Positions 37,962 through 46,760 of a stretch of 64,000 nt of DNA are shown piece after piece. The translations under genes and the position numbers were made by a program. The notes under the pieces are model-generated. The model saw nothing but the letters and a program-made list of their open reading frames with translations, was not told where the DNA came from and made no database searches. Where the stretch lies: sequence record MK568540.2; one strand, given 5' to 3'. The first letter of the stretch is position 1. Each line of letters begins with the position of its first letter.

Positions 37962-39004
37962 TATGCATTCTCCAAAGCTTCAGCACGAAGCGCCGAGAAG
38001 ATAGATTTAACTTTCGTCTTAACATCAGTCGATTCGTCAAGCGTATCTGCATACTCAGCAACATAGTCGTCAATGTCTTTGATCGATTTGATGTCTTCGG
38101 CAACATCTTTCTTGATATCCAATTCATCAAGCGTTTGACACGCATGTGCGATTTGTGCAATACGGTCTTCGACGACATCAAACGAGATTTCTCGCTTGTC
38201 GCTTGAACGACGTTCAACGATAATCTTGACGTTACGGTTTTCATAGCTCGGGATTGTTTTCGGGTCAAACGTCTCGGCATCAAAGTAAAGCTTTGTATGC
38301 CAACAGTTAGGGTTCTCGATAAACTCCATTTCATGAGTTTCAGTATCGAACAACCAAAAACCACGCTTGTCGTCAGCATCTGCAAGTGTCAATGTATACG
38401 GAGTACCAAGATACTTGATGTTGCCTGCTTCAGACTGAGTGTGAAAGTGACCAGACCATACTTGCTTGTACTTCTTCAAGAAGCCAGCATCAAGACAGCC
38501 CGTTGCTTTCTGACCGCGATGAAATTCAAAACCATTTAGTTCGAAGTGACCGACACAGTATTCAGATGTCGATTTTTTGATGAATTCATCGATTTCAACC
38601 GCATTTTCTTTACAAATCCACGGAATAATGTCGATTTTCACGCCATCAAACTCAACCGTTGTCGGTTTTTCATAGATAGTCACATCAGGGACAATGCTCA
38701 GTACTTCATACGGTGTATTAGGTACAATGCATTCACGCAAGTGCATGTCATGGTTACCCACTAGAACGTGAGTGTCATATCCCTTCAGCATGCCATTTAG
38801 ATACGTTCGCTGAAACATCAATGTTTCTTGAGTCGCACCGCGTCGAACATCAAACCAGTCGCCTAGCTGAATGATCTGTTTTACACCGCGCTCTTCAAGT
38901 TCAGCAAACATAAAATCGAAGAATTCTCGTTGGTAGTTTTGAACCCACAAGTCGTCATCTTTAATGCCGATATGTAAGTCACCAACCAGTGCTATTTTGC
39001 TCAT
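37961..39004 (-). CDS. 47: Recombination endonuclease nuclease subunit (Mre11/SbcD-like)
   Basis: GDLHIG, LGDWFD, GNHD, GHFE, SGHFH. Confidence 0.96.
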   Translation of the reverse strand: MSKIALVGDLHIGIKDDDLWVQNYQREFFDFMFAELEERGVKQIIQLGDWFDVRRGATQETLMFQRTYLNGMLKGYDTHVLVGNHDMHLRECIVPNTPYEVLSIVPDVTIYEKPTTVEFDGVKIDIIPWICKENAVEIDEFIKKSTSEYCVGHFELNGFEFHRGQKATGCLDAGFLKKYKQVWSGHFHTQSEAGNIKYLGTPYTLTLADADDKRGFWLFDTETHEMEFIENPNCWHTKLYFDAETFDPKTIPSYENRNVKIIVERRSSDKREISFDVVEDRIAQIAHACQTLDELDIKKDVAEDIKSIKDIDDYVAEYADTLDESTDVKTKVKSIFSALRAEALENA

Positions 39005-39510
39005 TTTTTCTCACTCGTAAGGTAAGTCACAACCGAAGCCCAATCAGGGAATTCGTCTGTGCCAAAGTGAATGTGTTCGCCCATAAACTCACCTGCACCG
39101 TTTTTAGTGCGGTCGTCGATGAGATAATGACCGAAGTTTAACTGCTTATTGTGTGACAAGATCAGTCGTTTGTAAGCGCCTTTACCTAAGTAACGCTCAA
39201 CCCACAATCGTTTATCTTGCCATGCACCGGGATTATCCCACGGTGCGGTAGATAGTATATAGCAATCGAAGTGTTTGTTCAACATTTCAAATGCAGAAAC
39301 TGCACCGTTGAGTGGTTTCATGTGAGCGAAAATACCCGGGCATTCATCGTAGCGACCTTCATATTGATTGCGCTCCCATATTGAAAGAGCATCAATACCG
39401 CTTTTGAAGTCAACAAGCACATTGTCCATGTCAATGTAAACAATCGGCTTTGCTTTCTTAGCGCGAGTGATCGCACGAATCATCAATTTAACTACGTTCA
39501 TAAGCTTCAT
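39001..39510 (-). CDS. 5'(3')-deoxyribonucleotidase (NT5C-type HAD)
   Basis: YIDMDNVLVDF, ILSTAPW, KRLWV, LIDDR. Confidence 0.88.
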   Translation of the reverse strand: MKLMNVVKLMIRAITRAKKAKPIVYIDMDNVLVDFKSGIDALSIWERNQYEGRYDECPGIFAHMKPLNGAVSAFEMLNKHFDCYILSTAPWDNPGAWQDKRLWVERYLGKGAYKRLILSHNKQLNFGHYLIDDRTKNGAGEFMGEHIHFGTDEFPDWASVVTYLTSEKK

Positions 39511-39952
39511 TCTGCAAATGTTCCCGAATCTCTGTCAATCGGCTACAGAATTCTTGTACAGTTAAAACCGTCTCTGCCTGCTTCTTACGCCCGATTGAAT
39601 GAGTAAGGGTAGCTTTACCAGTAGCAAGCAGTGCCTTTTGAAATTTGACGTTCTGAGCCAACGCAGCGTACGCATCATCGAGTAACGATTGATAACCAAC
39701 CGAACCTCTCTGAATCGGCTCACCTTGCCAATAAAGTGTCTGAGTGCGCTGCCAGTTCTTCTTTGCACCGCGTGCTTTAGCAACTTTACCTACAAGCTTG
39801 CAGACTTCACGTTGCATATCAGGGTTTTTAAACTTCAGTGACTGAAGAAACCCTTCCATTGAAGCACATTCAACGCCACGCACAGTGAATGCGTGTGGCG
39901 CAAAGTTCGACAGCGCACTGGCTGGGTAACCAGCGCCTGATTTGATGTCCAT
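39488..39952 (-). CDS. 30.3: NADAR-superfamily protein (T4 gp30.3-like)
   Basis: ALSNFAPHAF...SMEGFLQSLKF...LYWQG...KALLATG...LTHSIG; start reassigned to MDIKSG. Confidence 0.85.
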   Translation of the reverse strand: MDIKSGAGYPASALSNFAPHAFTVRGVECASMEGFLQSLKFKNPDMQREVCKLVGKVAKARGAKKNWQRTQTLYWQGEPIQRGSVGYQSLLDDAYAALAQNVKFQKALLATGKATLTHSIGRKKQAETVLTVQEFCSRLTEIREHLQNEAYERS

Positions 39953-40302
39953 TACTGACCCGCTTTCGCTTCTGCGAAAGAGCGTACGATAGTCAATACT
40001 TGTTCGCGACTTGTTTCCCAAAGCGTCTCAAGCACATCGTCACCGACAGTTTGACCAGTAATAGAACGCAGCTTACGAATTGCGTAGATATAACCCGCTT
40101 TGTTCTCTTCAATTAAACACTTTTCAGCGTGCTTACGCAGACGTTTAATCTCACGCGAGTTCTTTTTGATGCGTCGTTTAGCTTCTTTCTCAATCAAAGC
40201 ACGGCGTTGAGCGTTAATCTGTTCGAGATATTCTTGTACCTCTTGATCATCGACTACATCAACAATTTCGTCGTCTTTAAGTAAATCTGGCTTTTCTTGC
40301 AT
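39952..40302 (-). CDS. T4 a-gt.4-like conserved protein
   Basis: REIKRLRKHAEKCL...YIYAIRKLR...LWETSREQV. Confidence 0.7.
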   Translation of the reverse strand: MQEKPDLLKDDEIVDVVDDQEVQEYLEQINAQRRALIEKEAKRRIKKNSREIKRLRKHAEKCLIEENKAGYIYAIRKLRSITGQTVGDDVLETLWETSREQVLTIVRSFAEAKAGQ

Positions 40303-41077
40303 TACTGCTCCTTAGTATCGACCTGAATCTTTAAATGGTCGATGATGAATTGAAATTGTGTATGTGTTGAAAATGGAAGAATCTTACCATCTTTCTGAGC
40401 GTGAAGCTTCAGTTCATGACGATCTTCAGCAATCAATAGTGTATCGCGAGTATGCTCGACTTCTTGAAAGTCAGTGTACATTACATCAACGTTTAATTGC
40501 TTACCGAGCGTATCAAACCAAGCGCGTTGTTGTTCAGCAATAACCGAAACTTTGCTCAAAACGGCAATGAATGAAATCTTTTGATTTAAGAGAAAATCAA
40601 GGACAGCAGTTGACGGTAGACGCTCATAAAGCTTGACTTCAATTGCTTTATTGAGTACGTTGTCACGCTCTTTTTTCTCAAGCTGGTCGATTTGAGGCGC
40701 ACCTGCAATTGCAAACCCAAGAGTGTCATCAGATAGAATGTTGCTCGTTTCAATATAAATCATAATGTTTCCTTCAATGTTTGAGTATTATATCTAACAA
40801 ATACGAGCAGTTAAACTATTCGTTTTGCTCGTTTTGCTCGTTCTGTAAGTGCATCTGAGAATTCCGCTTCTAATGTTTCTAATGTATCGTCTAATGTTAC
40901 AGTAACAACACACATAGAGTCAAGAAGAATAAATGTCACTTTTTCTTCGTCTGTCTTGATTGTTAAATCTTCGTCAGGCATAATCATGAATTCTCGCGAC
41001 CAGAATGCGAAAGACGTAGCAGGGCAGTCTAGCATATCACGTACAGTAGTAAGGCGAATTGATTCAGTAATCATCAT
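40302..41077 (-). other. Two hypothetical CDSs (40302-40763; 40811-41077) with a class B promoter GTTTAA-N18-TATAAT at 40787-40816
   Basis: ORF track and direct promoter reading. Confidence 0.65.
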
Positions 41078-41118
41078 AATGTACTCTCTTTGTTTTCGTA
41101 TCTCGTTTCGATAGAGCT

Positions 41119-41154
41119 ATAATACGCAAAAAGGGTTGCCGAAGCAACCCTTTT
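41119..41154 (-). promoter_or_regulatory. Terminator-promoter cassette TTGCTT-N17-TATTAT
   Basis: Perfect GGGTTGC-TTCG-GCAACCC hairpin plus U-run, then AGCTCTATCGAAACGA. Confidence 0.85.
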
Positions 41155-41171
41155 ATTCAAATAATTTCAAA

Positions 41172-41819
41172 TTATTTTGTCCAAACTACCGAAGCACCTG
41201 AACCAGATTTCTTGTAACCGTACTTTGAAAGGTCTGGAATACGTTGAAAGCTGTCTTTCGCTGTAACTACACCGCGAGTAGCAATTTCTTTAGCCACGTC
41301 TCTTGTTGCATTACCTGCTTCAATCTGCATAGACAGATCTGGATATTCTTGAGCAATGAATTGCATCATGATATCGTTTTTGCTTTTACCACTGATCACG
41401 TTCAACACAGTTTGAGTAATGTCAGTACCGCGAGTGATATGGAAAACTTTACCACGAGCACGAGACTCAACATCACGAATAATCTCTGCTTCGACTTCTT
41501 CAGGTACAACGTTCAGTACGTAAGAAGTAAACGCCGTATCGAATGATTCCCCATTTGGGATAGTCAGACTGACATCAGTCCAACCATCAGCAGATGTACC
41601 ATTGAATTTGTCATATGCATACGTTTTGATGCCTTCAGAGCGTAAAAATTCAGCGTTACGACCGTATTTACCAGCACCATAGTCAAGAGCAGTACCACCC
41701 GGTGTAAACATACCTTTCTTGTATAGTTTAACCAGTGCTGCTACTTCTTTACCACGTATCGACGTTGCTGCGGAACTGTACTTTTGTACTTCAGTTAAAA
41801 ATTCACCAAATTTCTTCAT
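41172..41819 (-). CDS. Class I SAM-dependent methyltransferase with capsid-targeting-like leader
   Basis: MKKFGEFLTE; motif I ALDYGAG, AYDKF, DTAFTSYVLNVV. Confidence 0.7.
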   Translation of the reverse strand: MKKFGEFLTEVQKYSSAATSIRGKEVAALVKLYKKGMFTPGGTALDYGAGKYGRNAEFLRSEGIKTYAYDKFNGTSADGWTDVSLTIPNGESFDTAFTSYVLNVVPEEVEAEIIRDVESRARGKVFHITRGTDITQTVLNVISGKSKNDIMMQFIAQEYPDLSMQIEAGNATRDVAKEIATRGVVTAKDSFQRIPDLSKYGYKKSGSGASVVWTK

Positions 41820-41826
41820 TGTGCAC

Positions 41827-43272
41827 CTACTTAATATCAATATCAATCAGATAGTTCGTTGCGTTAACGCTGAACTCAATCAAAGTACCGTCAACCGAAA
41901 CGTCAACGCCGTTTTCAACGATGTTTTCCATCATCGAGTAAAGTGTTTCTTGATCAAGCATCGCTTCAGAGAAAGATTGACCAACCTTGAATGAACTGAA
42001 CTGATCATTTGCAAGAGCACGAATCAGTGAATCAACATCATCAACCATTTCAGTCACTGGACGTAGACTAGACATGATATTCGGGTGGAATACACGATTC
42101 GACTCAGCCATTGTTGAAAATGCAGTCACTGTTTGACGCTCAGGGGTAACACAACCATCGAACGATAGCATAGCTTCAGCAAATGCTTTACAGTCAAAAC
42201 GTTTCACGCCTTTACGTTCCATCATCGCAATCATATCAAGAAGCGGGTAACCTGCTTCAGATAATTCAACGCGATATTCTTCACACACACGACCTGCACG
42301 CATAGCATGTTCCGCGTTTGTTAGAACAATACTTGTGTTGTTGTGTTTCAGCTTCCAACCGTTGTCAAAATACGCTTCTTTCACATCAACAAGATTTTGC
42401 CATGCAGTCGATGTCAGTGGCGCAGTCGCGATTTCTTTCGTGAAAACGTTCTGAGCATGTTCAATCATGGTGATGTTCTGTTTCAGATCGTATGCTTTGA
42501 ATCCTTCTAGCATCGGCAAGCCAGTATCGTCTTTACGTTCACGAGCGTATGATACGTCTTTCGCTTCTTTTACAATGAACAAGTCCATGATTTTACGGTT
42601 CAGTGCAGCCAATGTCAGTGCATTTTTACCAGACTTGATTTTCATCTCAGTGATGTCAGACAGTTCAGCTTTTGAGTCAACCGATTCAACAGTCACATAA
42701 ACGTCACCAAGCTCGATGTTTTCAGCCATTGACAGTACTTCGGAGGCTGAATTGTCGTCGATTGATAGCGATTCAATTACAAGCTTATCAGAATCAGCAA
42801 GATTAATTTTCATTTCACGCATAGGGAAAACAACGTGAATGTCATTTTTCTTATAACCAAGCTTAGTCGCTTCAGCAACAACTTGATCTAAGTAACCGCC
42901 TTTAATCACGATGCTAGGAAGACGCGCTTCAGTACACATGATCATAGACTTAACTTGCTGTAGCTCATGTGCTGGCAATGATAAGAATTCGTTTTCCATA
43001 AGCAAGTTGATTGTGCTTACGTTCTCGCTCAGATTGATATCGAAGTTTTTCTCATCGACGTTTTTATCTTCAGCAAGTTTAGTACTCATGATAGATTTAA
43101 GCTCATTTGCCTTTTCCATCATGCCGATAGTTGTTTCAACGCCTTTGCCTTTGCTGAACTCAGTAGATGCAGTGCCTAGCTCAACAATAACTTGACCAAA
43201 CTTAGGGTAGATTTTACCACCCTGAGTTTGACGGCGATTTTCACTCAGAAATGAGTCAAAGTTACCTAACAT
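41827..43272 (-). CDS. Large hypothetical protein, predicted internal head protein
   Basis: Leader MLGNFDSFLSE; GGKIYPKFGQVIV segment. Confidence 0.5.
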   Translation of the reverse strand: MLGNFDSFLSENRRQTQGGKIYPKFGQVIVELGTASTEFSKGKGVETTIGMMEKANELKSIMSTKLAEDKNVDEKNFDINLSENVSTINLLMENEFLSLPAHELQQVKSMIMCTEARLPSIVIKGGYLDQVVAEATKLGYKKNDIHVVFPMREMKINLADSDKLVIESLSIDDNSASEVLSMAENIELGDVYVTVESVDSKAELSDITEMKIKSGKNALTLAALNRKIMDLFIVKEAKDVSYARERKDDTGLPMLEGFKAYDLKQNITMIEHAQNVFTKEIATAPLTSTAWQNLVDVKEAYFDNGWKLKHNNTSIVLTNAEHAMRAGRVCEEYRVELSEAGYPLLDMIAMMERKGVKRFDCKAFAEAMLSFDGCVTPERQTVTAFSTMAESNRVFHPNIMSSLRPVTEMVDDVDSLIRALANDQFSSFKVGQSFSEAMLDQETLYSMMENIVENGVDVSVDGTLIEFSVNATNYLIDIDIK

Positions 43273-43281
43273 GTTAATTCC

Positions 43282-43794
43282 TTAATCGTAAAATTTCTGT
43301 AAGTTAAGTGGTTCTTTCTGTTCATCTGGTTGAGCTTTAGCAGTCTTGCCAGATTCGTAAGAATTGACACGTTCTAACATCTGTTGAAGAAAATCGAAAT
43401 CAGTTTCTTCACCATCAATCGAGTAGTTAGACGAATCACATAAGAATACTTTATATTTAATCGCTGTATCTTTTCTTTCTTTCTTAATACGTTGTACAAA
43501 CGCATTGAAGCAAATACGAGTGATATAAGCGTGTGGGTTGTTATACTTGTCAGTGTCGAAGTTCTTGATATAGCGCAAGCAATGTTCAATCGCGTCACCG
43601 ATCATCTCTTCTTTCCATGTTGCAGTATACCCACTAAAATTGTAACGGCGAGATAAATTCTCGCTGATCTTCATGATGCTGATTGCTACCACGTCAGGGA
43701 CGGGAATTGCAGCATCAGGGTGTTTCTTCATTTCGTTTTTCCATTCGCACAAAGATGCGTACAGAGCTTTATTATCTACATAATGATTTTTCAT
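43282..43794 (-). CDS. 55: Late-transcription sigma factor
   Basis: HYVDNKALY, IMKISENLS, NFSGYT..WKEEMIGDA, NPHAYITRICFNAFVQRIKKE. Confidence 0.97.
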   Translation of the reverse strand: MKNHYVDNKALYASLCEWKNEMKKHPDAAIPVPDVVAISIMKISENLSRRYNFSGYTATWKEEMIGDAIEHCLRYIKNFDTDKYNNPHAYITRICFNAFVQRIKKERKDTAIKYKVFLCDSSNYSIDGEETDFDFLQQMLERVNSYESGKTAKAQPDEQKEPLNLQKFYD

Positions 43795-43802
43795 GTCACA
43801 CC

Positions 43803-44702
43803 TTATACCGTTACTGCGTGAGTGTATGACAGCTTAGAACTGTTCGCAAGAACACCAAGATTATCCCAGTCGATTTCAACTGCACCCGTTTGATTGTCTT
43901 CTAATGGGGCTACGGTCAATGCGTATCGAGCAATCACACCGTAAATTGGGTGGAATGATTTTGAGTCTTGTGTTTTATATTGATATGCAATACCAGCGTC
44001 TGTTGCTTTGTCAAAGTTGTATGGGCTGAATACTAAACTTGAGATTTCATAATCACCAAGTTCTTTCTTAACACCAATTGTTACGTAGTCAGTCGTTGCA
44101 TACTTGTCATGAACTAGATATAACCCAGAGTCACATTTATACATGCTAGTATCACCAATCTGTGTAGCCATACCAGTGCCCGTCAATAGACCAAATGCTT
44201 CACCACCTGCTACGATATATGTACCTGTACAACCCGTTGACTTTTCAATCTCAGCAGCAGATGCATGGACGAACGAGTATAATTCTCGACCTTTATCAAA
44301 ACGGTTAGTAATAGCAGATAGCGTAATTGCACTACCAACAGTTGAAATACTGTTTAGTGCATCGATGATATTAGTGTTGATGTCATCTGCGATTTGATCA
44401 GCAATAGAATCTGTGATAATCGATTCATTGACACCAAGTGCTTGCATGTCTTGAATTGTTTCAAGTGAGATTTCAGTTTTTAGCTTTGATGATTGAACTT
44501 GTGCATACCAGCGATCAAGTCTAAAACCATGTGGCAGCCACCCACTCGCGTCATCAGCTTCAGCTACAGATTTGAAACCGAACGCAGTCGCAACCGGTTG
44601 AGTTGTTGGCTGTTCTGAAACGATTTGCGTAAATATTAACGGGTATAGTCGTTTTTGAACAGAAACAATGTCTGGTAAACCGTTACTATTAGATACAGTC
44701 AT
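43803..44702 (-). CDS. 24: gp23/gp24-family capsid (head vertex-like) protein
   Basis: IVSEQPTTQP, SSKLKTEISLETIQDMQA, IADDINTNII, LVFSPY, ARYAL; perfect TATAAATA at 44759-44766. Confidence 0.75.
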   Translation of the reverse strand: MTVSNSNGLPDIVSVQKRLYPLIFTQIVSEQPTTQPVATAFGFKSVAEADDASGWLPHGFRLDRWYAQVQSSKLKTEISLETIQDMQALGVNESIITDSIADQIADDINTNIIDALNSISTVGSAITLSAITNRFDKGRELYSFVHASAAEIEKSTGCTGTYIVAGGEAFGLLTGTGMATQIGDTSMYKCDSGLYLVHDKYATTDYVTIGVKKELGDYEISSLVFSPYNFDKATDAGIAYQYKTQDSKSFHPIYGVIARYALTVAPLEDNQTGAVEIDWDNLGVLANSSKLSYTHAVTV

Positions 44703-44757
44703 TGTATGATTCCTTTAATTTATTGCCGCATTTCAGCGGAGAGAATGTTATTTTCTT

Positions 44758-44997
44758 TTATTTATATGTCTGGTTATCAACCCATTGCTTGAGTTCTGGA
44801 AGATGACCTATGTATGTATCACCATGCATAGCAAGAGGCACGCGAATGTTGCGCACCCCACCAAGTTTCTCATGCAATTTATCGATATCAGATTGAGACT
44901 GTAACTCTATTACAGTGTACGGGACGTTTTTGAACTTACAGAGGGAAATTGCGTGACGACAGCCGTCACAGTTGGGAATTGTGTATATCGTTATCAT
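44758..44997 (-). CDS. Glutaredoxin
   Basis: IYTIPNCDGC, VP, YIG; class B promoter GTTTAA-N18-TATAAT at 45016-45045. Confidence 0.85.
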   Translation of the reverse strand: MITIYTIPNCDGCRHAISLCKFKNVPYTVIELQSQSDIDKLHEKLGGVRNIRVPLAMHGDTYIGHLPELKQWVDNQTYK

Positions 44998-45051
44998 TTC
45001 TTCACCTCGACCTATATTATACGTCTGCCAAGGTGGTTATTAAACAAATCT

Positions 45052-45098
45052 TACTAATACTTCTAATATTACTAAAAGCACTAATACTACTAAGATGA
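45052..45098. repeat. Five tandem degenerate 9-mers (TACTAATAC TTCTAATAT TACTAAAAG CACTAATAC TACTAAGAT), iteron-like
   Basis: Direct reading; second copy at 6-34. Confidence 0.8.
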
Positions 45099-45121
45099 GA
45101 CGGAATTTTTCCGCTCAAACC

Positions 45122-45143
45122 AAAAAAAGCCCCTTTCGGGGCT
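45122..45143 (-). terminator. Rho-independent terminator
   Basis: AGCCCC-GAAA-GGGGCT followed by TTTTTT. Confidence 0.85.
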
Positions 45144-45161
45144 ATAAAGAGAACAACAATG

Positions 45162-45989
45162 TTATAAACCGTGAGATTTTTTGAAAGTGTCTAGACGCTT
45201 TTCGATTGTGTGAGCTTCTAGTTCAATAATGATGTACCAATCTTTGTATTTACCACGCTGTTCAAATGACACTGACTTACAACCTTTGTGAGTAGTATTC
45301 ATTACGATTTCTGCGATTGCGTCACGAGCAGCTTGACCACGTGCGTTTACTTTCTTAGCAGGCTTAGGCGCTTCAGCTTTCTTTTCAGCTTTCGGTGCAG
45401 GTGCTGCTACAGGTTCAACTGCTTTAGTATTTTCAGCTTTCTTAGCTTCGTGATCTGCTTTGATAGCGTTGAATGTTGATGTTGCAACGCAACGAAGTTG
45501 ACCTTCAGTTTCAGCTTTACGACCTTTCAAGTATAGAGCCTTGATGTGTACTGGTTGAAAACGCTTAGTCAAACGATCCATTTTCTGAACTACTTCAAGT
45601 TCACCTTGAGCGTTTTCGAAGAAAACAACGTACTTGCTATCTACAGCATCAGGGTTAGATACAGTTGAGCAACGCTTTGCATCGCCACCTAGTTGACGGT
45701 GTACACGCTTCCAGATAGCACCGTGACCACGTTCGTTGTAATCAGTGTAAGCAATCGCATGAGCCATTTCGTGAGTGATTGTGTTGATTTGCTCTTCTTT
45801 AGTACGAGCGTTCAAGAATTCTTCAGAAATACGTAGCGTTTTAGTACGGTAGTTACAATCACCTAGTGCAGCTTTACGTTTTGAAAATTCAAATGACCAA
45901 CCTTCTGCAATTAGATCGCGCTTCATCAAGTTGTTACCAGACATAAGGTCGATTGCGATAGCTTTCATTTCTGCTTTAGTGATTGTCAT
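45162..45989 (-). CDS. SprT-like zinc metalloprotease
   Basis: ALGDCNY, TITHEMAHA, HGAIWKR. Confidence 0.85.
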   Translation of the reverse strand: MTITKAEMKAIAIDLMSGNNLMKRDLIAEGWSFEFSKRKAALGDCNYRTKTLRISEEFLNARTKEEQINTITHEMAHAIAYTDYNERGHGAIWKRVHRQLGGDAKRCSTVSNPDAVDSKYVVFFENAQGELEVVQKMDRLTKRFQPVHIKALYLKGRKAETEGQLRCVATSTFNAIKADHEAKKAENTKAVEPVAAPAPKAEKKAEAPKPAKKVNARGQAARDAIAEIVMNTTHKGCKSVSFEQRGKYKDWYIIIELEAHTIEKRLDTFKKSHGL

Positions 45990-46033
45990 AATGTTCTCTC
46001 TTTAAGTAGTTCGTATCTCGTCTTGATGTGTTT

Positions 46034-46067
46034 ATTATCAGGGATTGACGTGTTATTGTCAATCCCT
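46034..46067 (-). promoter_or_regulatory. Early promoter TTGACA-N17-GATAAT overlapping a perfect 10-bp IR
   Basis: AGGGATTGAC (46040-46049) / GTCAATCCCT (46058-46067); leader ACATCAAGACGA. Confidence 0.75.
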
Positions 46068-46097
46068 AAAACTACTTTTTTCGTGAATTATTTCAAA

Positions 46098-46601
46098 TTA
46101 TTCACTAATTGACTTCACTTTTTCGATAATTTCAACGATTTCTTTCGCTGAACGATTCGAAAATATGATTGTCGATTTTTTGCGTCGCTGTACTTCTTTA
46201 TGCTTTGCTGGGTTTAGATGTCCAAGTTCGCGATCAAGTTCCTTATTTGATAATACACTAGAACGAATCATTACGCGATGACTATCAGGCAGTCCAGTAG
46301 TCACGTATACATTTAGACCGTGCTCTTCAGAGTCCATACCAGGCTGAGATTCTCGAATCTCCCAAAAATCTGAAGACTCGCTTTGTAGTTCTGCAAGTAG
46401 TTCTTCAGCAGTTGCTTTAGGCTGTGCTTCAGCGCGTACTTTACGTGCTTTCTTCGTCTTAGCAGCTTTCATTGCTTTCTGACGAAGGTCTGTTAAATAA
46501 TGACGACGACCTTTCTCATCAACAGCTTGAAAACCGTTTGAGTCTACTGTCATGTTGAAGTAAGCAGCAAGTTGTTCGTTAGTCAGTGATTGTACATTCA
46601 T
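46098..46601 (-). CDS. Early basic hypothetical protein
   Basis: Downstream of class A promoter TTGCAC-N17-TAATAT (46641-46669). Confidence 0.7.
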   Translation of the reverse strand: MNVQSLTNEQLAAYFNMTVDSNGFQAVDEKGRRHYLTDLRQKAMKAAKTKKARKVRAEAQPKATAEELLAELQSESSDFWEIRESQPGMDSEEHGLNVYVTTGLPDSHRVMIRSSVLSNKELDRELGHLNPAKHKEVQRRKKSTIIFSNRSAKEIVEIIEKVKSISE

Positions 46602-46760
46602 AATTATTCTCTCTGTTCGTTAATTCGTTTCGATGAAGCTATATTAGGTCTATATTGTTTTTCGTGCAACCTTTTTCTGACAAAAAAGTTTAAAATAATT
46701 TCAACGGGTGTTATGAGCAATCATAAATACACATATATTTCTAAAGGGTGAGTCTATAAA

